From Patescibacteria group bacterium (GTDB taxonomy: Bacteria > Patescibacteriota > Patescibacteriia > 2-12-FULL-60-25): 64,000 bases of DNA. The first letter of the stretch is position 1; each line of letters begins with the position of its first letter. Position numbers and translations under genes: made by a program. The DNA lies in the NCBI GenBank assembly GCA_023229665.1, contig JALNYW010000002.1, positions 92,988-156,987 of the forward strand, read 5' to 3'. The notes beneath the pieces were generated by a model, which was not told where the DNA came from, ran no database searches, and saw only the letters and a program-made list of their open reading frames with translations. Below, in pieces: positions 55,383 through 63,024 of this stretch.

Positions 55383-55384
55383 TA

Positions 55385-55788
55385 GGGGATGAATCAGCAT
55401 CGACGACGGTCGTTCCACAATCTGGCAAGCCGAGCGTGTCGAATCCGCTCGTAAATCATGACCGACGCATGACAACTGCCAATGTCATCTCTAAGGTTCG
55501 CAGCGCGATCGCTTCGGCGTTCAGCGTTCCGACCTTCGCCCCGTCCTTCGCCTAAGGCGAACTGACGAGCCGGTCTGCCACTCCTTGATCCGGGGAATGG
55601 ACAGGCCGTCACTGACGGATCTAGACGATGCATCTGCCTTCGATGCATCGCGACGGCTTGAAGGCGTAGATGACGCGCGCTCGTCCGTTCCCTGACGCGT
55701 CGTCGAACCTCCTGAGCGGACCAAGCTTGTGAATGACGGGTTGCGGACAGCTGTTCGGACGCGGGTGCGATACCCGCCATCTCCACCA
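55385..55788 (+). ncRNA. ssrA: tmRNA (404 nt)
   Basis: 5' GGGGATG pairs with 3' CATCTCC-ACCA, including the G3:U alanine identity pair. T arm GCGGGTGCGATACCCGC. Candidate tag ORF at 55478-55555 encodes ANVISKVRSAIASAFSVPTFAPSFA, then a stop. Confidence 0.9.
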
Positions 55789-55798
55789 TCGCATACTA

Positions 55799-56359
55799 AT
55801 GCGCATCCACCATCGCCGCCGCGGCGGCCAACAGAAGAAAGAGGAGAAGATCCTGTATAACGTGAACGAGCAGATTCGCGCGCCCCAAGTGCGCGTGATC
55901 GACGAGAACGGCGCTCCCATGGGGGTGCTCGACACGTCGCAAGCGCTCGCGACCGCCCAGGAACGCGGCTTCGACCTGGTCGAAGTCTCTCCAAAGGCTG
56001 AACCGCCCGTCTGCAAAATGCTCGACTACGGTCAGTTCAAATACCAGAAGGAGAAGGAAATCCGTTCCCAGAAGGCCCACTCCAAAAAGGTGGACGTGAA
56101 GGGGATTCGCCTGTCGGTAAAGATGGGCGTCGGTGACTTCGACTTCCGCGTGGATCAAGGCAAGAAGTTCTTGTCCGAAGGCCACAAGCTCAATATCGAG
56201 ATCCGCCTGCGCGGACGCGAGAAGGAGCATGGGGACATCGCCAGAACCAAGATCCAAGAGTATCTGGCCAAAGTCGGCCAGGAATACGAACTTTCCATCG
56301 AGCAACCTATTACCCGTTCGGGCGGAAACGTCACCGCCATTGTCGGCCGCAAGTCCTAA
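55799..56359 (+). CDS. infC: translation initiation factor IF-3
   Basis: VNEQIRAPQVRVIDENG and EVSPKAEPPVCKMLDYGQFKYQKEK. ATG 55799 lies only 10 nt after the tmRNA 3' end. A non-ATG start further in is possible. Confidence 0.88.
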   Translation: MRIHHRRRGGQQKKEEKILYNVNEQIRAPQVRVIDENGAPMGVLDTSQALATAQERGFDLVEVSPKAEPPVCKMLDYGQFKYQKEKEIRSQKAHSKKVDVKGIRLSVKMGVGDFDFRVDQGKKFLSEGHKLNIEIRLRGREKEHGDIARTKIQEYLAKVGQEYELSIEQPITRSGGNVTAIVGRKS

Positions 56360-56368
56360 CCTATCCAT

Positions 56369-56563
56369 ATGAAGCAAAAGACCTCCAAGACCGTCGCCAA
56401 GCGCATGAAGATGACCAAGAGCGGAAAGCTTTTGAAGCGCAAAGGCGGACAGGGCCATTTCAATAGCCGTGAATCCGGCAACACGACGCGCAACAAGCGC
56501 CGTGACCTTGAAGTTTCCGGTTCGTACACCCGCAATATTAAGCAGCTCATGCCCCACGCCTAA
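56369..56563 (+). CDS. rpmI: 50S ribosomal protein L35
   Basis: MKQKTSKTVAKRMKMTKSGKLLKRK. 64 aa. Confidence 0.92.
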   Translation: MKQKTSKTVAKRMKMTKSGKLLKRKGGQGHFNSRESGNTTRNKRRDLEVSGSYTRNIKQLMPHA

Positions 56564-56569
56564 CCTCCT

Positions 56570-56908
56570 ATGCCACGTGTAAAGCGCGGTACTCACCGCA
56601 TCAAGCGCCGAAAGAACATCCTTGCCCGTACCAAGGGCATGATGTGGGGTCGCAAGTCCAAGATCACGCTCGCGAAGACGGCGGCCACCAAGGCCGGCAA
56701 GAACGCGTATGTCGGCCGCAAGCTGAAGAAGCGTGACAACCGCGCCCTCCAGCAGGTCCGCATCAACGCCGCCGCCCGTTTGAACGGCACCACCTACTCG
56801 AAACTCATGGGTTCGCTCAAGGCCCGCAAGATCGAACTCGACCGCAAGGTCCTGTCCCAGCTCGCGGCCCAGCACCCCACGGTGTTCGCCAAGTTGGTCA
56901 AAGCCTAA
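56570..56908 (+). CDS. rplT: 50S ribosomal protein L20
   Basis: MPRVKRGTHRIKRRKNILARTKG. 112 aa. Confidence 0.93.
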   Translation: MPRVKRGTHRIKRRKNILARTKGMMWGRKSKITLAKTAATKAGKNAYVGRKLKKRDNRALQQVRINAAARLNGTTYSKLMGSLKARKIELDRKVLSQLAAQHPTVFAKLVKA

Positions 56909-56920
56909 GTTCAGCACAAA

Positions 56921-56945
56921 ACGATCCCCACGGGGGTCGTTTTTG
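56921..56945 (+). terminator. intrinsic terminator after rplT
   Basis: ACGATCCCCacgGGGGTCGT followed by TTTT. Confidence 0.65.
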
Positions 56946-56966
56946 TGTTAGAATGGTCCCGAATAT

Positions 56967-59900
56967 ATGCCCCGCAAGATGTATAGGAATGTCGAAGACG
57001 TTCCGCAGCCGGAAGAACGACCCGGTTCAGGCACACCGCGCTCGGCGAAAGAAGCCGCGCTCGCCCGTATGGCCGAGACCAAGCGGAATGTCCAGGGACA
57101 AAAAGCCCGGATGCAAGAAGAGATGAAGCGCCGCAAAGAAGCGGCTGAGGATTATCCTGAAATTGTCGAGCAGGTTGAAATGGAAGCCGAAGAAGGTAAG
57201 GCCTTGGCGGAAGAAGCGGAGCAAATTGAAACCGCGCAAGCGATCGAGCGTCGTTCGAAGTCAAAAAAGAAAGAAGAAACGCTTTCAGTTGGAGAAGCGC
57301 GTGCACGCTTTGAAAAAATCGAAAAAGATTTGGCGGAGATGGGCGTGACCTCGTTCGCTGATAAGATGAATGATCCTGAATGGGTGAAGGCTGATGCCGC
57401 GATGCGCCATGCCGAACGCGCGGGTCGCGCGGAGACGGGCAAGCGTAAGGTCGCGGAGTATAAAAAAATCCAGGAACTCGAAGCTGAGAAGGCCGACAAT
57501 CTGAAGCGCATGCAGGAAATGGGCGGCGTGTGGGGAGGCGAGTCTTATTTCTTATTGAGTGAACGCAACGAAGAAATTGAAGCTGAGTTGGCGAAGTTGG
57601 GAGGCCGGTCGAAGGAAAAGAAAGCGAAGGCCGTCGAAGCGCCGATGACGGAAGAGATGATGGTCGCCGGCGAGCCCACGCCCGAGGACCGCGTCGCCGA
57701 CGCCCGCAAGACGATCGATTTCATGAACGGGTACGAGCAAGAGATCGTCGCCCGTCAGAGAGCCGTTCAGGCGGAGCTGAAAAAGCACGGCATCAAGGAT
57801 GCGGCGCAGATCGATGCCGAGATGGAAGTAATTTCGCCGGAGCTTCGTGAAAAATCCATCGGTCTCAAGCCGGACATTTGGTACAAGATGAAGCGTCTTG
57901 GCCGCAATTTAATGGGTCTTGAGCGTCCGCCGGAAGTGAAGCAGTTGCTGAAGAAGTACGCGGAACTGGAAGGCGAAATGAACGAACAATTGCACAAGCG
58001 CCGCGAGGCCGAAGCGGAATTAATGGCCGCTCATGCCGCGGCCGGCCATGAAGTAAGCACCGGGACCATCTCTACGGCCGCCCTTCGCGCGATGGAGCGC
58101 CGCGTGCGTTCCGGTGGCGGCGATGGCGGCTTGGATGTATCCAGCTTGCTCAACAAGGTAATTCCTGCCGGCGCGGATCAGCTCCATGTCGAGCAAGAAT
58201 TGGAATCGCTTAAGCACATTGGAGAAGGGAGCCTTCAAAAAGAATTGGCCGCCGTGCGTGCCTTGAGAATGCTCGAAGAAGATATCCAGGACGCCATGCA
58301 GAATGTGGCATCGAAAAAAGATGAAATGACATTGGAGGATGCTCAGATGTATAAGGATCGCTTGCAGGAATTGCAGACGCGCGTCACGAATTTGGACAAC
58401 GAAGCGGGCAAATCAAAAGAAGCGGCCGAAGCAGCCAAGAATACCGAAGCGGCTCTGGCCCAGTATCGCCGCATGGTAAATACGGCCGTCGCGGATTTGC
58501 AGCGCGGCGTGCGTGAAAGCGGCAAAGGCTCCCGTCCCGGTTCGGTGGTCGGCATGCGCGCGGGAACCAAGGGAACCTACGGCGCTTCGACCCCTGACCG
58601 CCGCGTGGTGTCGCTCTCGAAGATGGAAACCGCGGATACGAAAGAACGGAAGGAGAGCGAAGCGGCCAAGGCGGCCGAGCGCGTGAACAAGGACGTGCAG
58701 ATGTACCGCTCGATCAAGTGGCGCAAGGAATTGATCGATACCATCAACTCAAACGAAGCCGTGCGCTCCGCCATGCATGCGGTGTATGAAGCGTATAAGA
58801 AGCGCGCCCAAGAAATGATGGAGCAGGGCGAGTTGAATCTCACGACCGGCAGTCCGGATCCGGCCTTGGATTACGCGCTCAACTTGTATCGCTTGTATGC
58901 GCGCAAGGAAAACGGCAAGCATCAATATAGCGAGAAGATTTGCCAGGCGGCATCGGAGGAGATCAACCACACCGACGAATTGCTCGGCGCGCAATGGGAT
59001 ACGGGCCGCACGACGGACCGTTTGGTCAGCGCCTTATTGAGCGGCCTGCCTTCGGTGATGGTCGAGCCGGGGTATGCGGCCGAAGCGGCGGCGAAAAAAG
59101 AAGAGGAAGAAGTAGAGCTTCAGGACTCTGACCTTGAAGAGGTGGTCGAAGAGCCGATCCCGTTGAAGCGGCTTAAGCCCCAAAGACCCTCGCTCGAAAT
59201 TCCCACGACCGAAGTCCGTGAGCGCATTGATCGGGAAGCTCGTGAGTCTTTCGAGGCTTCGCTTACCGAAACCACGCCCGAACAGCCGCTTCCGCACATT
59301 AAGCGCGCCTTATCCGAAGAGGAACAGGAAGCTGCCGAAGAAGCCGGCATTCCTTCGGTTCAAGAATTGGCCGCCATGGGGAAGCGCGAAGAGGCTCCGG
59401 CATCTTCCAACGAAGATTTGATCAATATGCCTTCGGCTTCGGTTGAGCCGGTGATTGAGCAAAAACCGGAAGCCGAAATTCCGCGCGAACGTTACGAGGA
59501 GATCAGGGAGGTTTGGAGCGCGCTTCGCAAGGATTTGAACGAAAGGGTCGCGACGGAACGCGGTTCCCTCAGGAAAAAGATCGGGGAGCTGGAGGGCCTG
59601 GTACGGGCTCTTCCGCAAACAGATACGATACGCATCGCGGGATTGGCCGAAGTCCAGAAGTTCCGCGAACAGCTTCGACAGGGAGAGGTTATCCGTCGCC
59701 AAAAAGAGCGCGCGCTCTATCCGACCGAAGAGACGTTGAAGTCCATGCGCCGACGCATCAATGGTCTCCGGAACAATGAAGCCAAGATGAATGAACTATC
59801 AGTTAAGCTGACGGGTGTGGCCGGAAATTCGTCGGCGGAAAAATTGCTCAACCTATTCCGCAGCTATCAGATGGCCAGTCCGAGCGGAGTCAGGAAAGCC

Positions 59901-60059
59901 GCTTACCTGAACCAGTTGAATAGCGTGCGCGCCATCTTGGGCCTGGATGCCTTTGAAACGGCCGAACCCGAAACGCCGCCGGCCGAAGATGAAGGGCAGG
60001 TTATTTCCCTGGCTGATGCTCGCGCCGCCCGCGAAAAGAAGAAGAAAAAAGGAGCATAG
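56967..60059 (+). CDS. 1030-aa highly charged Glu/Lys/Ala-rich coiled-coil ORFan
   Basis: No TM segment or signal peptide and no recognised domain. TGtTAGAAT ends 12 nt before the ATG, with no SD. Confidence 0.72.
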   Translation: MPRKMYRNVEDVPQPEERPGSGTPRSAKEAALARMAETKRNVQGQKARMQEEMKRRKEAAEDYPEIVEQVEMEAEEGKALAEEAEQIETAQAIERRSKSKKKEETLSVGEARARFEKIEKDLAEMGVTSFADKMNDPEWVKADAAMRHAERAGRAETGKRKVAEYKKIQELEAEKADNLKRMQEMGGVWGGESYFLLSERNEEIEAELAKLGGRSKEKKAKAVEAPMTEEMMVAGEPTPEDRVADARKTIDFMNGYEQEIVARQRAVQAELKKHGIKDAAQIDAEMEVISPELREKSIGLKPDIWYKMKRLGRNLMGLERPPEVKQLLKKYAELEGEMNEQLHKRREAEAELMAAHAAAGHEVSTGTISTAALRAMERRVRSGGGDGGLDVSSLLNKVIPAGADQLHVEQELESLKHIGEGSLQKELAAVRALRMLEEDIQDAMQNVASKKDEMTLEDAQMYKDRLQELQTRVTNLDNEAGKSKEAAEAAKNTEAALAQYRRMVNTAVADLQRGVRESGKGSRPGSVVGMRAGTKGTYGASTPDRRVVSLSKMETADTKERKESEAAKAAERVNKDVQMYRSIKWRKELIDTINSNEAVRSAMHAVYEAYKKRAQEMMEQGELNLTTGSPDPALDYALNLYRLYARKENGKHQYSEKICQAASEEINHTDELLGAQWDTGRTTDRLVSALLSGLPSVMVEPGYAAEAAAKKEEEEVELQDSDLEEVVEEPIPLKRLKPQRPSLEIPTTEVRERIDREARESFEASLTETTPEQPLPHIKRALSEEEQEAAEEAGIPSVQELAAMGKREEAPASSNEDLINMPSASVEPVIEQKPEAEIPRERYEEIREVWSALRKDLNERVATERGSLRKKIGELEGLVRALPQTDTIRIAGLAEVQKFREQLRQGEVIRRQKERALYPTEETLKSMRRRINGLRNNEAKMNELSVKLTGVAGNSSAEKLLNLFRSYQMASPSGVRKAAYLNQLNSVRAILGLDAFETAEPETPPAEDEGQVISLADARAAREKKKKKGA

Positions 60060-60070
60060 ACTGACAGAAG

Positions 60071-60097
60071 CAAACCCGCCCATAGGCGGGTTTGTCT
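60071..60097 (+). terminator. intrinsic terminator
   Basis: CAAACCCGCCcataGGCGGGTTTG followed by TCTT. Confidence 0.6.
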
Positions 60098-60158
60098 TGA
60101 CAAGGACAAAAAAATATGGAACGGATACGTCTGACCTCAAGCCGAAAGGAGGTGACCC

Positions 60159-60716
60159 GTGGCAAGAGATGTTCGTTTCAAGGGGGAAGACCCCGTACGC
60201 GATTGCGAGCGCTTTCTCGCATTCCTTAGGGAGGCCTGCCCGCCGGTAACCGCCGGCTTGCGCGAAGGTCTGGCGCCGTTGCCCGCCCAGGTCCGACTGG
60301 TATTCCTCCAGATGCTCTCGCATCTGGTGCGCTTCGCCCCGAGCCATTCGTTCGGACCCTCATCCGACTTCACCGATCTCAGCGGGAAGCGTTATTACGC
60401 CAACCGCAGGCTCATCGAACGCCTGAGGCGCCGTGACGAGTTTTGCGGGCTGGAGGTCGGGTACATCCTCGAACAGCTCGAGTGCCTGCATCGGGGCATC
60501 GAGATCTCGTCGGGTCCGCAGGAGCTGGCCTACAACTTCGCCGCCACACTGATGGTGCGGCTGCTCGGCCATCTCATCCGCGCCGAAGCCGGGATTTCCA
60601 TCGTGCCGGACCTGCCCAAGATGGCGTCGGACAAGGCGAAGCCGCTTCCGTGCATCCCCCCGCCGCCTCCGCGTCTCGCGAAGGTCCTGCCGTTCCCCAA
60701 GAAACGGCCTTCATGA
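60159..60716 (+). CDS. hypothetical protein (185 aa)
   Basis: TTGACA at 60097-60102. GAAAGGAGGTG SD and GTG start. High GC3. Pro-rich tail. Terminator CCCGCctccGCGGG-T5. Confidence 0.5.
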   Translation: MARDVRFKGEDPVRDCERFLAFLREACPPVTAGLREGLAPLPAQVRLVFLQMLSHLVRFAPSHSFGPSSDFTDLSGKRYYANRRLIERLRRRDEFCGLEVGYILEQLECLHRGIEISSGPQELAYNFAATLMVRLLGHLIRAEAGISIVPDLPKMASDKAKPLPCIPPPPPRLAKVLPFPKKRPS

Positions 60717-60766
60717 CCCCCGCCTCCGCGGGCGTTTTTATTTTCATGCTAAGATATCCGCGATCT

Positions 60767-61957
60767 ATGTCGGCCAGGGACAAAACCGTCATGCGTTATC
60801 TCGCGCTTTCCGTCGTCTTGGCGGGAGTGTGTGGCGTTTTAGGCGGCATTTTATCCGGTTGGGCTTTGTTCGCCCAGTCGGTCCAGCCGGAACTCATGCG
60901 TTTGCAGGATTCGGTGGATGCCCTTTCGGTATCCGGCACGCGGCCTATCCAGGGTTCCACCCAGCCGCCGATCGAAATTATCCCGGTTGAATCACGCCCC
61001 TTGTCCCCGGCGTATCCCATCGCGTTCTCCGAACGCCGTACATCGGCAGTCGTCTCGCTGGTCCGCCGCGCGGCACGTCCCGTGCAGGATGAACCCGTTT
61101 CTCCCGAGCGTGAGTTTGGCGCGGCCGTGGTCGTAACGGCGGATGGCTGGCTTGCGACCTCCGAGAAAGCCTTGAGCGGATTCCGTTTGTCCGAGATCGG
61201 AGCCGTCGTGAACGGAAAAGTGTTAACCGTTGAACGCGGCGTGCGCGATACGTCGACCGGAGTGGCCTATTTGAAAGTTTCGGCCACCGGCCTACCTACT
61301 CCGGCATTTGTCCGTGCGTCCGATATCGTGCCCGGCGCTCCGGTTTGGGTCGAATCCATGCCGCATCAACTCGCTCCTGAAATCGTGCTCACGGTCCGTG
61401 CGCGTCCGTCCGCCGATCCGGTACCGAGCGATAAGACCGCCCGCCGTTTCCTGGTGTCAGGCGCAGAGGAAGGTCGGAGGTCCGGAGCTTCAGTATGGGA
61501 TGGCGCCGGTCGTTTGATCGGATTGCTTGAAACATCCGAAGTCGGTGGTTGGCGAGTGATCCCGGCCGGTCCGATTGGTTCAAGCTTGTCCCAGGTATTC
61601 TCAGGGGATGGCCAAATCCGTCGCGCAACGCTTGGCGTGCGTAGTCTCGATTTGTCTGCCATTACGCTTGATGCGGCCACATCCAGCCTGCCTTCATTGG
61701 GCGCGTGGCTGCGCGCGGATCGAAAGCTTGGGCTTCCGGCCGTAAGCGCGAATGGGCCGTCGGCGCGCGCGTTATTGGACGGCGACGTGATCGAGCGCAT
61801 CGAGCGTGATATCCTGGATGGGACCGCGGATCTCGGCGAACGTTTGCTCGAGTACCGTCCGGGCGCGAGCGTCGGCGTTTCCGGCCGCCGCAAAGCCGGC
61901 GTCTTCCAAGTCGAAGTCACCCTTGGATCGGAAATCGTGTCCGAACAAATCAAATAA
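60767..61957 (+). CDS. membrane-anchored trypsin-fold (HtrA-like) protein with PDZ-like C-terminus, possibly inactive
   Basis: Anchor YLALSVVLAGVCGVLGGILSGWALF. GAAVVVTADGWLATSEKAL, GVAYLKVS and RSGASVWDGAGRLIGLL align to the HtrA His, Asp and Ser regions. ATG 60746 is an alternative start. The ORF-track start at 60443 overlaps the previous gene. Confidence 0.65.
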   Translation: MSARDKTVMRYLALSVVLAGVCGVLGGILSGWALFAQSVQPELMRLQDSVDALSVSGTRPIQGSTQPPIEIIPVESRPLSPAYPIAFSERRTSAVVSLVRRAARPVQDEPVSPEREFGAAVVVTADGWLATSEKALSGFRLSEIGAVVNGKVLTVERGVRDTSTGVAYLKVSATGLPTPAFVRASDIVPGAPVWVESMPHQLAPEIVLTVRARPSADPVPSDKTARRFLVSGAEEGRRSGASVWDGAGRLIGLLETSEVGGWRVIPAGPIGSSLSQVFSGDGQIRRATLGVRSLDLSAITLDAATSSLPSLGAWLRADRKLGLPAVSANGPSARALLDGDVIERIERDILDGTADLGERLLEYRPGASVGVSGRRKAGVFQVEVTLGSEIVSEQIK

Positions 61958-61966
61958 AAAAATCGT

Positions 61967-62578
61967 ATGATCTTAAAAGAACATCCCGTCGCCCTTCTCC
62001 GCCGCTCCTGGCCCGCCCTTCTGTTCGGCGGTCTGGCTGGCGCGCTTTTAGCCGCGCTTCTGTCGTTTACGCAACCGCTCGAGTATTCGTCGACCGTTCG
62101 CTTGTTGATCACCCAGCCGGGAGCCACGAATACCGATCCCTACACCATCCTCAAATCGAACGAACGCATTGCCCAGAACCTTTCGCAATTGCTTTACACC
62201 TCCAGTTTCTTTGAGAATATCCTGACTCAAGCTGAGGGCATTGACCGTGAGTATTTCCCGGCGGACGAATATGACCGCCGCCGCGCCTGGTCCCGTTCCA
62301 TCGGAACGACGGTGGAACCGGGTTCCGGGCTCATGCTCGTCACGATCTTCCATCCAAATCGAACCCAGGCTCATTCCTTGGTCCAGGCTGCGACGCAGGA
62401 GTTGGCGAAACAGGCCCCGAATTTCTTTGGGTACTCCGTCCGAGTCCAGGTGATCGATGCTCCGCTTGATTCCCGCTGGATTGCCCGGCCGAACTTCCTC
62501 AATAATGCGTTGGCAGGGTTGGTTCTTGGCTCTTTGCTTGGTTTGCTCTGGATGATTGCCAACCGCGAAAAGATCTAA
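61967..62578 (+). CDS. Wzz-like (chain-length-determinant topology) membrane protein
   Basis: N-terminal TM ALLFGGLAGALLAALLSF, followed by TQPLEYSSTVRLLI, and a C-terminal TM LAGLVLGSLLGLLWMI. Confidence 0.55.
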   Translation: MILKEHPVALLRRSWPALLFGGLAGALLAALLSFTQPLEYSSTVRLLITQPGATNTDPYTILKSNERIAQNLSQLLYTSSFFENILTQAEGIDREYFPADEYDRRRAWSRSIGTTVEPGSGLMLVTIFHPNRTQAHSLVQAATQELAKQAPNFFGYSVRVQVIDAPLDSRWIARPNFLNNALAGLVLGSLLGLLWMIANREKI

Positions 62579-62664
62579 AAAATGTTCGTTTTTTAACAGG
62601 TTTTCATGGAAAAGGCCTAATCCTAGGCCTTTTTTCTTATAAAGCCTTGCAAAACAAATGTTTG

Positions 62665-62693
62665 TCTATAAGGCTTGACAAAAGCGTCATTTT
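62665..62693 (+). promoter_or_regulatory. promoter TTGACA-17-TATTGT with TGn extension
   Basis: TTGACA 62665-62670, 17-nt spacer ending in TGG, TATTGT 62688-62693. Confidence 0.55.
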
Positions 62694-62699
62694 GTGGTA

Positions 62700-63024
62700 T
62701 TGTAATCCGTTCTTTAAATGGCTAATCGTAGCCATACGACAGGAAATCAAGCCGTTCCGTCCCCACCATGCGCATGGCGGGAAGCGGGACGGCTTGAGGG
62801 CCGGTCGATATGGAGATTCCCTCTCCTGCTCCTTCGACATTACGGTCACTAGAACAAAGTTTCCTGCCTCGGCTTTCGAGGCAGAAAGGAGGTCGTAGCC
62901 TTTTCGTTCGGTTTGGGACTAAAAATCCCGGGCCGAGCGGAAGCTCGGCTTCCTGAATCAAGCTCCCGTCTCTTCACCCGGCGTCGCATACGCGGCGTCT
63001 TCACCTGGCCATAGGAGGCCTGTC
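62700..63024 (+). ncRNA. ~325-nt multi-hairpin leader or independent ncRNA (unassigned)
   Basis: Consecutive hairpins: ATGGCTAatcgTAGCCAT; a ~49-nt imperfect hairpin CAAGCCGTTCCGTCCCCACCATGC/GCATGGCGGGAAGCGGGACGGCTTG; CTGCCTCGgcttTCGAGGCAG; GCCGAGCggaaGCTCGGC. No credible ORF. Confidence 0.4.

Noticed and set aside
60443-60766. N-terminal 108-aa extension of the HtrA-like ORF
   Set aside because: It overlaps the SD-led ORF 60159-60716 in another frame with an Arg/Pro/Ala-rich shadow translation. The real protein starts at the membrane anchor (ATG 60746 or 60767).
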